Part shown: positions 12,321 to 23,876 of the stretch, in pieces
How the letters are laid out: every line of letters begins with the position of its first letter
How positions within the stretch are numbered: position 1 is the stretch's first letter
Assembly (NCBI RefSeq): GCF_011745625.1
Contig: NW_027191470.1
Span: 310,001 to 374,000 of the forward strand
Origin: Cladosporium halotolerans
Taxonomy: Eukaryota
Direction of reading: 5' to 3'
DNA length: 64,000 bases
Position numbers and translations under genes: made by a program
The notes under the pieces: model-generated
The model's input: only the letters and a program-made list of their open reading frames with translations
What the model was told of the DNA's origin: nothing
The model's database searches: none

Positions 12321-14055
12321 GTTGGTGTCGAAAGCTGCTTCGTTTGAGTTGCTGGTGCTGACTCTTCCTAGATCATAAACCTACCTCACAAACACAGATC
12401 GTCGTGCAACATCTGCGGCCACTATGCAGACGCACGATCTATCCTTCGACATGCTCTTCAACGCATTGCTACACCATTCCTCTGCCAGCGACAGACACTT
12501 CTCCCATTTTCCTTCAGCAACAATGTACCACCAATCTAGGGATCATCCGGTTATCGTGATAGCGTTACGTCTTAGCAAGGAGTTTCGGAAGCGGGGAGCG
12601 TAGAAGAAAAACAAGTCCGGCGATGACAACGACGACGACTACGGCAGCAAATCTACCAACCGACAGGCAAGGCAAATGCAAGACGACGGGGCGTTCAGGT
12701 TGATGACATTTACGACAACGCGGGCATGAGACTTTTTTTTGCACCGACACAGGAACACCTCAGAAGGTTCCAATTTACAAGACAGGTTTGCGTCCGCGAG
12801 GACAAACAGGCGGGGATTGTTTCCTTTTCTTTCTTTCTTTCTTCCCGAGTCAAGGTAGTGAGCGTTCTTGCTAGTCTGCAGCTGCGAATAATGAAATTCT
12901 CTCTCTCCCTAGTAAGCGATCTGCTTCTCTTCTGCTGTGATCCCATCCCCTGCACAGCACAGGCTTGCGCGTTGCCGTCAATAACAGAAATCAAGAAAGA
13001 CAGCAGTAACGAGTGAGAGTGTCCGTCAATCCCGCGGGTTCGATAAATCATAATAGGCCGTTCATATCATCATCGTCACCGTCGTCGTCACCGTCGTCGT
13101 CGTCGTCACCGTCCGCTCGTGTCTCATCACATCACCAATAGTCCCTCTCCACATCCACTCCCGTCGCCACGCACACCTCCCCCGACCTCCACCGCCATTC
13201 TAATTCGGGCAGGTCTGATAAAAACGTCAATCTCAGCAAAAAGCGCTCAGATCGCCATGCACACGCAATCGAGACAGATAGATAGATCGGTGCCGTGCAT
13301 GTTCCCACTTACCGAGCCACAGCTCCCGCACGTCTTCGAGCCGCCCGCGATCGCGGCGCTGCACTTCGGGCAGGTGTTGTGCATTTTTGCTTGCAGGGGT
13401 TGGGTGGTTTGGATCTCGGTAGCGAGATGGAGATGAGATGGGTTTTGTGACGGGTTCGATTTTTTTTTGTTATCGACGCGTGTTGAGTAGGTATGACACA
13501 GACTGCAGTCGGGGCTGGAAGGGGAAGAGGACGGTGAGCTTACCCAAGCGAGGCTGCGTCTGCGCTGCGTCGGTTAGGGGCGGCCGGGGCCATGCCAGGC
13601 GCGGCGTCCGCGGTGTCCGCGTGCCTGGTTTGAGATTTGGGCTGTCCTGCAGCAGCCGAGGCTTGCCTACAGAATAGTACGGTGCAGCAGCAGGCTCGCT
13701 TGTGGGAGAGTGAGAGATATGCGAGGCCGGGGAGGCGGGCGCGGGATACTCGCGAGGAGGATCGCTTTTACGCGGTCTGCTAGATTTATTAATTTTAGAC
13801 CCTCGAGGCTCAAGCGACCCTGATGGCCGCACGAGCTTTACTGTATCTGAATCAAGCCTCTGGTGACGTCTCTTGCCGGGTGCCCTGTGTTTTGCCCTCC
13901 CACGCTTGCGTCGATCATCGAGTCCCGACCCCACGCCTTGCTCGCGCGACACTTGGATTTTGTGGGAGGCGCTCAGTGCTGAGCTCCCGTGCAATCCACT
14001 TGTAGCCTCGAGCCAAGGAGCAGGACCGACACCTCCAAGGCTTGGGTCTGATGCC

Positions 14056-15423
14056 ATGCTCGTCCGCCCATTCGCGAGCATAGCGAGGCCCAGAGCGGGT
14101 CTCTGCGCCGGCCGTCTCGCCTCGCGTGCTCACCACAACCGACGATACATCCAGACCGCTACAGTGACCGACGCCGACATCCAGCGTCTGGCCGCGAAGC
14201 CGCTGCACCCATTGACCCTCGCCGACCTCTGCAAACATGGCCGCCCGCCCCTCTCGACCCAAGCCTTGTTCAACAGCGCCAACTTCACCCTCCAAATCCT
14301 CCCCTCCCGCCTCGCCCACCGCATCCAGTCCCTCCGAGCCCTGCCCTACATCGTCGTCGCCAACCCGAACGTCAGCAAGATCCACGGCAACTACCTGCAC
14401 AGCCTGAGCACCCTGCTGCCCTACGCCGAGCGCAAAATCGAGACGCTGAAAGATGAGATTGACTTCACAGAGGTCATGGCGGACCTCGTCCACACGCACA
14501 GCAACACCATCGAGGTCCTGGCGCGCGGCTTCCTCGAAGCGCGCAAATACATCTCCCCCGAGGAAATCACGCGCTTCCTCGACGAGCACCTGCGCGCGCG
14601 CATCGGCACGCGCCTGATCGCCGAGCAGCACATCGCGCTGCACTTCTCCTCCCAAGCGCACAAGGACCTCTCCTCAGACCACGACCACTTCCACCGCACG
14701 AGCCAGGACTCGACGTACATCGGCGTGATCGACACGGCCCTCAAACCAGCCACCATCATCCGGAACTGCGAAGCGACGGTCGGCGAGATCTGCGAGCTGC
14801 GCTACGGCGTCCGGCCCTCCGTCGTCCTGACCGGCGACCCAGACACCACCATCGCCCACATCCCCATGCACCTCGAGTACATCCTCACCGAACTCCTCAA
14901 GAACTCCTTCCGCGCCACGATCGAAGCCGGCATGGAAAAGGAGCCGATCGAAATCACCATCGCGCCCGCGCCCGCCGCGGAAGAAGAGCAGCGCTCCTCC
15001 GACTCCTCCCCACGCAGCAGCACACTCAGCACCGCAACGCAAGGCTCCACGCCCTCGACCGCGAGCCCCAAAATCCGCCCCCTCGACCTCAGCACGCCCG
15101 GCGTGACCCTCCGCATCCGCGACCGCGGCGGCGGCATCAGCCCGTCCGTCTACCCCAAGCTCTGGGAATACGGCTTCACGACCTTTAACGAGGACGAGAT
15201 GAACGACAAGCTGGCCGGCGGAGGCGGGGCGGGCGGCATGAACGCGCTGGATGTCATATCGGGCGGGGCCGCGGGCGGCAGCACGCTGGCGGGGCTGGGC
15301 TACGGGCTGCCGCTGGGGAGGGCGTACGCGGAGTATTTCGGGGGAGGCATCGCGGTGCAGAGTCTGTGGGGGTGGGGGACGGATGTGTATTTGAGTCTGA
15401 GGGGGGTGGGGAGGGTTAGTTAG
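14056..15423 (+). CDS. Mitochondrial alpha-ketoacid dehydrogenase kinase (PDK/BCKDK family)
   Basis: Arg-rich presequence MLVRPFASIARPR; BCDHK_Adom3-like region (RLAHRIQSLRALPY, RIGTRLIAEQHIAL); GHKL boxes ELLKNSFRA, IRDRGGGI and GLGYGLPLGRAYAEYFGG. The ORF track starts at TTG 13873; the first in-frame ATG is 14056. Confidence 0.93.
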   Translation: MLVRPFASIARPRAGLCAGRLASRAHHNRRYIQTATVTDADIQRLAAKPLHPLTLADLCKHGRPPLSTQALFNSANFTLQILPSRLAHRIQSLRALPYIVVANPNVSKIHGNYLHSLSTLLPYAERKIETLKDEIDFTEVMADLVHTHSNTIEVLARGFLEARKYISPEEITRFLDEHLRARIGTRLIAEQHIALHFSSQAHKDLSSDHDHFHRTSQDSTYIGVIDTALKPATIIRNCEATVGEICELRYGVRPSVVLTGDPDTTIAHIPMHLEYILTELLKNSFRATIEAGMEKEPIEITIAPAPAAEEEQRSSDSSPRSSTLSTATQGSTPSTASPKIRPLDLSTPGVTLRIRDRGGGISPSVYPKLWEYGFTTFNEDEMNDKLAGGGGAGGMNALDVISGGAAGGSTLAGLGYGLPLGRAYAEYFGGGIAVQSLWGWGTDVYLSLRGVGRVS

Positions 15424-16399
15424 GGGGAAAGGGGGCGGAGAATTTCGAGGCTTTTGACCGGCTTTCGAGTGGTTGGCTGAGGGCGAAGGCGGCTGTATCT
15501 GTGAGAGGAGAGGTATGTCGTGCACAGAAGGCGCTCGGAGCTGCTCGGAAAGCGAGGGAGCAGAGCGTCTGGACGCTAGGAGCTCGGGCAAAGCCCCATC
15601 AGAGAGCATCCTGCCGATATCATGGACGGGCGAGGAAGCCGTTCGATGATTGACGGATGGAGGAATGAGTGTACACTCCTCACGAAGTGTGAAAACACGG
15701 CAGGCTCCTCGACTGGACTGAACAAGACCAGGCACGCCTCGTGGAGCCAAAGCTACTATCCTATGGGAAGATATCAAGGTCAGACTGTCAGACAGTAGAG
15801 CTGAATGGCAGGGCAACCTCCACGCTTGGATTCGGCCGGGCTGGAGCTCAGAGAGCCGGTGCTCCCACGTAGCTAGAGTAGATATCAAGGAGGGACGTAC
15901 TTTTGGACGCAACGTCCACGCTTGATTCGCACGCTGACGTGAACAGCCTTTAGTACAACTACGTTACGATACAGTTGGATCGGACGACATAGTTCTCTTC
16001 GGCTTATCCTTCCATGATAATCCTCTCAGATGCCCTCCACGACTACACGATCCCCACCCGCTTTCATCACCCCAGCATTCCTATAATATCCCGATTTGGA
16101 ACAATTGCGACTTGGGAAAAAGATAGACTTTCACAAACACGGTCCGTGCGCATGACGTCGATGCTCAACTGTCGCGGCGCGATTGACAATTATCACGCCT
16201 CAGAGACTGAACGCAGACTTCAAAACACAGAAAGTCACCATATTCCTTCAGACCTCTCAATATCCACAAAGCAAAAAATTCACCCGAAGATCGGAGACCT
16301 CCCAACAGCGCACCCCCACCGCCCACGGCGCAAGCAACCCTTCCTCGCCCCACCACCAAAACCAATCAAGCTCATAACAACGACAACGACAACGACAAC

Positions 16400-17008
16400 A
16401 TGACCTTCCTGCAAGAACTCTCCTCCTGGTTCGCCCCCCGCTCTGCCGACCCCGTCCCCGAGCCTCCCAAACCAGGCGACCCAGCACCCACAACCTCCAC
16501 CATCCAACTCTCCGGCTCCCCCACGATCCTCACCTTCCTCCGGCACTGCGGCTGCCCCTTCGCGGAGAAGACCTTCCTCAACCTCCGCGAGACGGCCCGC
16601 GCCCACCGCTCCACGACCTTCCTCGCCATCTCGCACTCCTCGCCCGCCGCCACTTCCGCCTGGCTCGCCGCGCTCCCGCAAGCCGGCAGCGAGCCGGACA
16701 ACCTGCACGTGCTCGTCGACGAGGCCTGCGAGGCGTACGCGGCCTGGGGCCTGGGGGTCGTGGGCTTCGGGCACGTGCTGAGCGTGGGGGGGCTGGGGAG
16801 TGTTTGGAGGCTGGGGAGGGAGGAGGGGATTTGGAATCGGCCGACGGAGAGCGGGAGTCGGTGGCAGAGGGCGGGGAGTTTTGGCGTTGATGGGGAGGGC
16901 GTTGTGAGGTGGGCTAGGCCGGCGAGGGGGGCGGAGGAGATTGTGGATTTTGAGGAGGGGGTGGGGGTTGTGCTTGGGAAGGGTGGGGAGGCTGAGGAGA
17001 GGGCGTGA
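16400..17008 (+). CDS. AhpC/TSA-like (peroxiredoxin-like 2, thioredoxin-fold) protein
   Basis: Motifs TFLRHCGCPFAEK, VLVDEACEAYAAWGLG and GSRWQRAGSFGVDGEGVVRW are typical of AhpC-TSA_2 proteins. Good ACAACATGA start context. Confidence 0.85.
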   Translation: MTFLQELSSWFAPRSADPVPEPPKPGDPAPTTSTIQLSGSPTILTFLRHCGCPFAEKTFLNLRETARAHRSTTFLAISHSSPAATSAWLAALPQAGSEPDNLHVLVDEACEAYAAWGLGVVGFGHVLSVGGLGSVWRLGREEGIWNRPTESGSRWQRAGSFGVDGEGVVRWARPARGAEEIVDFEEGVGVVLGKGGEAEERA

Positions 17009-17393
17009 GGGGCGCTGAGGATTGAGTGGGGTCGGTGAAGGGATGCGTTTCGCTGAGGGGGTTTGAGGCGCGAGTTCGGCGTTTGGGATACCCGGCTGCA
17101 CCAGACTGGATTGGCTTTGGGGAGTTTCGGTAAACACAGATGAGAAGAATTGATCATTTGACGTCTAGTACGCAATGATTCACAGTTCCATGTGCTTGAG
17201 ACTTCGCGTCATTGAAGCATCAGGGCATAACGGCAAATCAGGGATCTGCAAATCTCATTGTTTAGGTTGAAAGTATTGTTGTTTGACATTTCATTCCCGT
17301 ATCGATGTCCCATCTAATCATTATCTAAACGGTCTTCCCTTGTTATTTATCTTTCGTTACACAGAGCAGCCGCTGAGCGATTCCCTCATCGCA

Positions 17394-18658
17394 TTACTCG
17401 TGACCAATAGGCTTCTCACGCTGGACATACGCCATAGGCGCAACGCCAGCGACAAACGGACCCGGCTTCTCACCGTAGTGAGGGTCAGCGCCGATAAAGT
17501 TGTTCGGGAAGCCCGGCTCGAACGGAACAATCGACTCAAGGTACTGGATGTCCTCCGTCGAGAGCTTAATTTCAAGCGCCTTGATGTTGTCCTTGAGGTG
17601 CTGGACCTTCCTTCCGCCAACAATAGGGAAGACATTAGGCGTCTTGGCCATCACATACGCAAGCGCAACAGCGGTCGGCGACTCGATGCCATGCGCGTTG
17701 GCGACCTTCTCGAGCGCAGCGGAGATCTTCTCCTCGTTCTCCGTCTGCTCGCCGGAACCGATGATGGCGCGCAGGCCCTCGTTGTTCTTCTTCTTCTCCT
17801 CGAGCATCTTCTTCGTCTGGAACTTGCCGCCGCCGATCGCGTCCCACGGCGCGATCGCCATCCCGAAGTGCCGCGCCATCGGGATGATCTCGCGCTCCAG
17901 GTCGCGCAGCATCACGTTCCAGCGGCCCTGGTAGATGCTGAAGGGCGTCTTTCCCGTGGCGCGCGCGTACGTGTTGGCGGCCGAGACGATGTAGGCGGGC
18001 GTGTCGCTGATGCCCAGGTAGAGGACGCGGCCCTGCTTGACGACGGCGTCGAGGGAGTCCATCAGCTCTTCGATGCTGGTCGTCCAGTCCCACCAATGGA
18101 CGTAGAGGATGTCGATCCAGTCGGTCTGGAGTTTCTTCAGGGAGTCACGCAGGGAGACGTGCAGGGAGCGCTTGTGGTTGCCGGAGGCGTTGAGGGAGCC
18201 CAGACCCTTGCCTTTCCTGTGGCCGACGTAGTCTTGGATGTTCAGTCAGTGGAAGTCTTGCGGGCGCTTCAATCGGGGTTGCACTTACTGCTTGTGAACT
18301 TGGTGGCAATGACCATCTCGTCTCTGTTGCCACGCTCCTTCATCCACTCACCGATCCAAGTCTCGGACTCGTCGTCCTGGTAGTTGTTGGCGCTGGGCGT
18401 TGGTTAGTGTCATGCCTTTCATTCTGTTCCAATCTTGATAACTTACGTATCGATGAAGTTGCCACCGGCCTCGGTGAAAGCATCGAGAAGCTCGAAGGCA
18501 GTCTTCTTGTCCATCGTACCCAGCATGCCTTTCCATGCCTCACCCAAGCTCATGGCACCGAGCTGTAGAGGCGAGACACGGATGCCGGCCGTCTTGGAAA
18601 GGACACGGTACCTGCCCAGGGGGGTGGGAGGGTCCGGGGCGGGCTGAAATAGCGACAT
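17394..18658 (-). CDS. Aldo-keto reductase, aryl-alcohol dehydrogenase / norsolorinic acid reductase-like, 3 exons
   Basis: Exons 18658..18447, 18392..18289 and 18232..17394; introns 18446..18393 and 18288..18233 have GTAAGT donors. The spliced protein carries the AKR tetrad D (GNFIDTA), Y (NNYQ), K (IATKF) and H (LYVHWWD). TATAAA on the minus strand at 18769..18774. Confidence 0.93.
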
Positions 18659-19625
18659 GATGAAGAGGACAGATCGTTAAGTGTGTGCTGATTGGAGTTC
18701 GAGTTGGGACAGGTGGAAGATTGATAGATGAGTCGCGCAGTGGTCTGTACGAGGGTTGATGTATGGGATTTATAAAAGCAGGTGAGTAGCAGCAACGGAC
18801 TTTAGCGGTTTGTAACCTCCTTGCGTCGGTCAAACAATGATGGTTGTCATCGATGGCTAACTCCGACTTAAACACCGCCTGGCCATTGAGTGCTTTCCCC
18901 GGGCCCTCGGACCCTATCATAACGTCACTCGGCGAAGAAGGTTCGTCCGAGAGCGGGTCATTCGCGTCACTTACCTCTTTGCGACTATTTGTCCTTCAGA
19001 TCAGAAAGGGGAGAGGAGAGATTGAGTTCATCTCAAGGTGCATAAACCACACCGTACCTTGTGCATGTCACAGTGTAGCGGAGCGGGGCCCTAAGTCCGG
19101 CCTTCTACTTACTATGCGATATAGATTGGGATGCCAAGTTAATTGGCCTAGACCCTCGATTGTGAACCTTGAAGTGAGAAGCGTTATGTGATAATGATTT
19201 CTTTTCAACTGCATGAACTACGACGCATGGGAACCAAACAAAAAAAGAACGCACTCGCACTAAACAGCGTATAAGCATATAAGCATAGGCATAATCAGTT
19301 TTCATCTCTCGATAGCGCCTGGACGCCTCGCAACGCTTGTTGTCCCAAGCGATCGACGCACCGGCTGCGTCACCGTGTGGGCGGGCGGGCGGTGGTCGTA
19401 GAATGAAATCGTCTGTATCTCTCCATCTGCCTCTCCATCTTCATGACTGCCGCTTTTTTCTGCGACGCCATTGCGCTATTCTCTCATCGATGCTCTTTCA
19501 CATCCGCTTGATCAGGCCGTTGGGATCGTAGGCTCGTAAGATTTGTCTCATTTCATTTCCTTTAGAGGAAACAATGGTATGTGCCTAGACACGACTTTTT
19601 TCCAGCTGCTTCACGAGCGAGCTGC

Positions 19626-20542
19626 TTAGGAAGCCTTCTTCTGCACCGGGGTCTGGCCACCAAGGTAGCGGCTGATGTCGGTGGCATCGTGGGCCTGCTT
19701 GGAGATGCCCTTGAACTGGTCCCAAGCCTGGCGGGCAGCGGGCGGTGCGTCCTGGCGGTTGGCAAGGGCATCACCGCGAGCACCGGCCTGGCGGAGCATG
19801 CCCTGGACGAAAGTGCTCTGGGAGATGCGGGTGCGCAGGAAGACGGTGTAGATCACAAGAAGGATCCAAGAGCCGCGCTGGAAGATGATGGCAGAGCCGA
19901 GGATGCGGAACCAGAGGGTGAGCTCGAGGGCCGCAACCAGAGACATGCTGGCATCATAGTAATCCTTGACAAAACGGCCGATGGTCTCAGAAAGACCGGA
20001 AGAGGCGGGCTTCTGGCCAGCAGGCACAGCAGGCGGCGGCTGGATAGTCGGGAGGAGGATGCCGCGGGTGTAGGTCGCGACGTGGAAAATGCTGTAGACA
20101 GTGAAGGGCAGCAGAGCGAGAGGGATCTGGCGGGAGAAGAGCCAGACAAGGGCCATGGCTGGAGATTGTTAGTTTTGTGCTCGTTTTCCCGGGTTATTTC
20201 GCACGCATCAAGCGCGCTGCGTGCGGGGCACAGCTTACCAAGGTATTGCACATTCTCGTCGGCGATCAGCTGGAGAGGGCTGCCCTGGCCCTTACCGCTC
20301 TTGGCGCGAGCACGGTAGCCCTTGAAGACCACGATGCCGTAGGTGACAGCAGCGGCAAGGAAAGCGGTGCGGTAGGAGAAACGGGCCCAGCGGCTGGCGG
20401 AGTTGAAGGTGATGTAGCTCAGGCCGTAGCGCAGGGTGCAGAGCAGCAGGGTCACGTGGCCGGTGAACCACGCGAACTGGAGAGTCTGCGCGAGCGCGAT
20501 AAGGCGCTGCTGCGCGGTCTGGCCAGGAGGCGGAGGAGCCAT
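19626..20542 (-). CDS. pom33: Pom33/Per33/Tts1 (TMEM33) ER and nuclear-pore membrane protein, 2 exons
   Basis: Exon 1 20542..20239, intron 20238..20159 (GTAAGC...CTAAC...CAG), exon 2 20158..19626. Motifs LQFAWFTGH, DENVQYL-AMALVWL and LALLPFTVYSIFHVATY. Confidence 0.92.
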
Positions 20543-21952
20543 TGCAGTGGTTTGAGCGGTAGGAGTGTTTGCTCGTTTGTGCGTGCGGTGGACGCCTGAT
20601 AGGAAGCTCTGTTAGGGGAGAAGTGGATAGCGACGAGGGCGTGATGCTCGACCGCTTGTCTGTGGGGTTTAGCGATGTGCTTTGAAAGAGGAAGAAGCAG
20701 TCGTGAGCACAAGCAGCAGCAGATGGTGGTTGGGCAGTGGGTAAGGTGGCCTTTTGGGAAAGCGAAATGGAAGCGCGCGGTGACAGTGCACGCTTGGTTG
20801 GCTTTTGGTGGGGCAATCAGGTGCGATGACGTCCCCAAGCCCCAGCTGTTGGTAGATCTTGTTTCTCGACTGCGCCAGGCGCACACTACCAGCCCACCAG
20901 GCCAGCCGTTCGGTCTGCGCCGACTCGTCGTGATCAACGGGGCAAGCGTGGACCAGCTGACGACAAATGTGTCATGGTGCTCTTTGGGAGCAGTAGTTTC
21001 GTCAGGCATACAGAAGGGCTCACATTGGGCACCTAGACTAGAGGCATGACATGACCGATAACGGTGAAAAATGAGATATGCTCAGTGCGTGCAGAAGAGG
21101 AAATCGGACGTTTTGACGTTGCAGAAGGACAATTTATGTGAATGTGGTATCTGGCTGCCCTTCACACCAGAGGATATCCCTTGAGCCGAAGCAGTAAATA
21201 GCATCGTTATCATTCATGCTTAGAAGTCCGTTGCTAGAACAAGGCATGTGGGGTTGATGAATGGAACGCCTCAGCACGAGGCCGGAGAGCTACCCCAAGG
21301 GTAGTATCTCACAGCCAAACTGCGAAGATATGCAATAGGTGTTAACCTTACGACCAGGATACTTTCATCAGGAAGTCCCCGTGGTGGCCTACGATGGGTG
21401 GAATCCTAAGCCTTATTTCACCGAGGCTCACTGAAGAGAATGCACGAAAGCTGCTTAAAGTAAGGCATCGTGGGTTCTGTAGATATTCCTGTCCTGGTCG
21501 GCTATTTTTTGGATGTATCAGATTATGGGTTGAATCTGAGCCTCATTCACAGAATTAAAATCAAGTACCAAAGTAGTTTCACATGTGAATGCCAGCCACA
21601 AGGCTGTCACCTCATCACTGCCAATGAGATGCAAAGCATGTTTCTTCACTAAAAATCAAGTGCTCCCAATCGGCAACCACAAACTCCAGGTGCCAAGAGT
21701 CGCGTGCCTGGCGGGAGCAAGGTTCACTAGTGCGGCTTACGTCAAGCCAGGGAAATTCAAAACCTTTCCGGCCGCGGCAGAGCTTTCGAGACGATTGTGT
21801 TCACCATGTAGACCACCTCTCGTCGGTCGCCAGCCGCAAACACAACCCCAAGCAAAGGATGCCTCTTTGGAGCTCCGCAACAACCAACCTCATCAGCCCT
21901 TGGTAGCCCGCGCCGAAAACCACCCGTCTGCGCCCGCACACCGCCGGCAGCC

Positions 21953-23876
21953 ATGCGTCAGACCTGCATCTTCTCCGGCTCCTCCCACCCTCTGCTGGTG
22001 GAGAGCATTTGCGAGCGTCTCGGCCAGAATCCCAGCCAGGTCGAGCTGCGCAAGTTCGCGAACGGCGAGACCAGTGTCGAGATCAGTCAGTCGCCGCGCG
22101 AGCGTCTAGAGGTCATCACTGTCCTGCTAACACCGCCTTGCAGAGACTTCAGTCCGTGATAAGGATGTCTTCATCGTGCAGAGCGGCAGCAGCCAGTAAG
22201 ACACCCGCGTTCCGTGCCAATGGCGATACTGACGTCGCAGGATCAACGACAATGTCATGGAAATGCTCATTATGATCAACGCCTGCAAAGGCGGTTCCTC
22301 GAAGTCCATCACTGGTGAGCTCCACAGCTTCCATCTGAGCGCGTTCAGGATGATAAGCTGACAACATGTTCAGCCGTCGTCCCCTACTTCCCATACTCCC
22401 GCCAGTCCAAGAAGAAGAGCCACAGAGGTGCCATCACTGCACGTATGCTGGCCAACCTCATGCACATTGCCGGTGTGAACCATGTTATCACGATCGACTT
22501 GCATGCGAGCCAGATGCAAGGCTTTTTCAAATGCCCCGTGGACAACCTGGTCGCCGAGCCTCTGTTGGCAAAATGGATCAGACACAACGTTCCTGACTGG
22601 CCCGAGTCTGTCGTGGTCAGCAAGAACCCTGGTGGATCAAAGCGGGTTACATCCATGGCTGATGCACTGAAGCTGAGCTTCGGCATCATCACTACGGACA
22701 GGCGCCGTCCGTTCACTTGCAACAATAGCATGATGAACAGCGCTATCCTGGAGCCCATGGCTCTGGACGGAGTCACCGACGATCTCAACGCAGACGATGT
22801 TGAGCCGCAGCAGGTCTACACGCACTCAGATCTCACACGCACACAGAGCCGCAATGGCTCCGAGCCGATTGAGCAGGACTTTGCCCGCCAGAGGGCCAGC
22901 TCTAGTGCGAGCAACAGCCAGTCTCAGGGACGTGACAGGAGGCCCTCCCGCCCGGAACGCCCGCGTGCTGTCACCAACATGGCTCCTGGTGTCCGTAACC
23001 GTCTCGCCAACGGCAACGACATCCCTTCGAGCCCCTTAGCACGCACATCTACCCGCATCGACTCCATCGACAGCCCTGAGATGCCTCAACCGGGCCTGCT
23101 GCGCCGTAACCCGACCGCTATCGGCGTTGTTCAGCCCAACGCAGACGAAGATGGATATGAGAGCCCCGGTGGAGATGAGGATGAGGACGAGGTTTGTCTC
23201 CACTTTCTTTATTATTTCTCTCCAGGGACCGTGCTAATGAAAACAGAGAGCTCGCGATGTCATTACTGGTCGTCTGATCCACGGCCACCTTGTAGACGAC
23301 GACGCTCCCTCTCCCAACATGTCTGTCAACTCTGGCTTCTCTCCACAGCAGCACAACGGTCAGCGCACATCGAGCGACGAGGAGTTGCCGGAAGCCATGA
23401 CCCAGAGCTTCATGTCTGTCGCTTCCTCACGCCGCACCGGCGGCCTTGGTGGCACTGGTGACGCCGCGGCTTCGGACGAAGAGGAAGAGGAAGCTCTGCA
23501 CAACCCCGAGATCGAGACCACAATCACCCTCGTCGGTAATGTGCGCGACAAGCCTGTGATCATCATCGACGACATGATTGACAAGGCTGGTTCCTGGATT
23601 GCTGCTGCTGAGACCGTCGTCAAGCGTGGTGGCGCTACAAAGGTTTACTGCATGGCCACTCACGGCATCTTTGGCGGGAACGCTCTCCAGGAGCTGGAAG
23701 ACTGCGATGAGATCGACAAGGTCATTGTCACCAACTCATACCCGATTCCTCCGGAAGCACACGACATGAAGAAGCTCGTCGTCCTCGACGTCAGCGGTCT
23801 TCTCTCCGAGGCAATCCGCAGAAACCACCACGGTGAGAGTATCAGCGCTCTGTATCGTCACTTCGACCGATACTAG
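21953..23876 (+). CDS. PRS5: Ribose-phosphate pyrophosphokinase subunit with a long internal insertion (Prs5-type), 5 exons
   Basis: Exons 21953..22085, 22144..22195, 22241..22314, 22374..23191 and 23247..23876, all with GT-AG introns and in frame. Motifs FANGETSVEI, PYFPYSRQ, DLHASQMQGFF, IIIDDMIDKAGS, ATHGIF and EAIRRNHHGESIS. Confidence 0.93.

Noticed and set aside
16400..18658. AKR plus AhpC-like pair as part of a secondary-metabolite cluster
   Set aside because: There is no PKS, NRPS or terpene backbone gene or cluster regulator nearby, and the neighbours are housekeeping genes.
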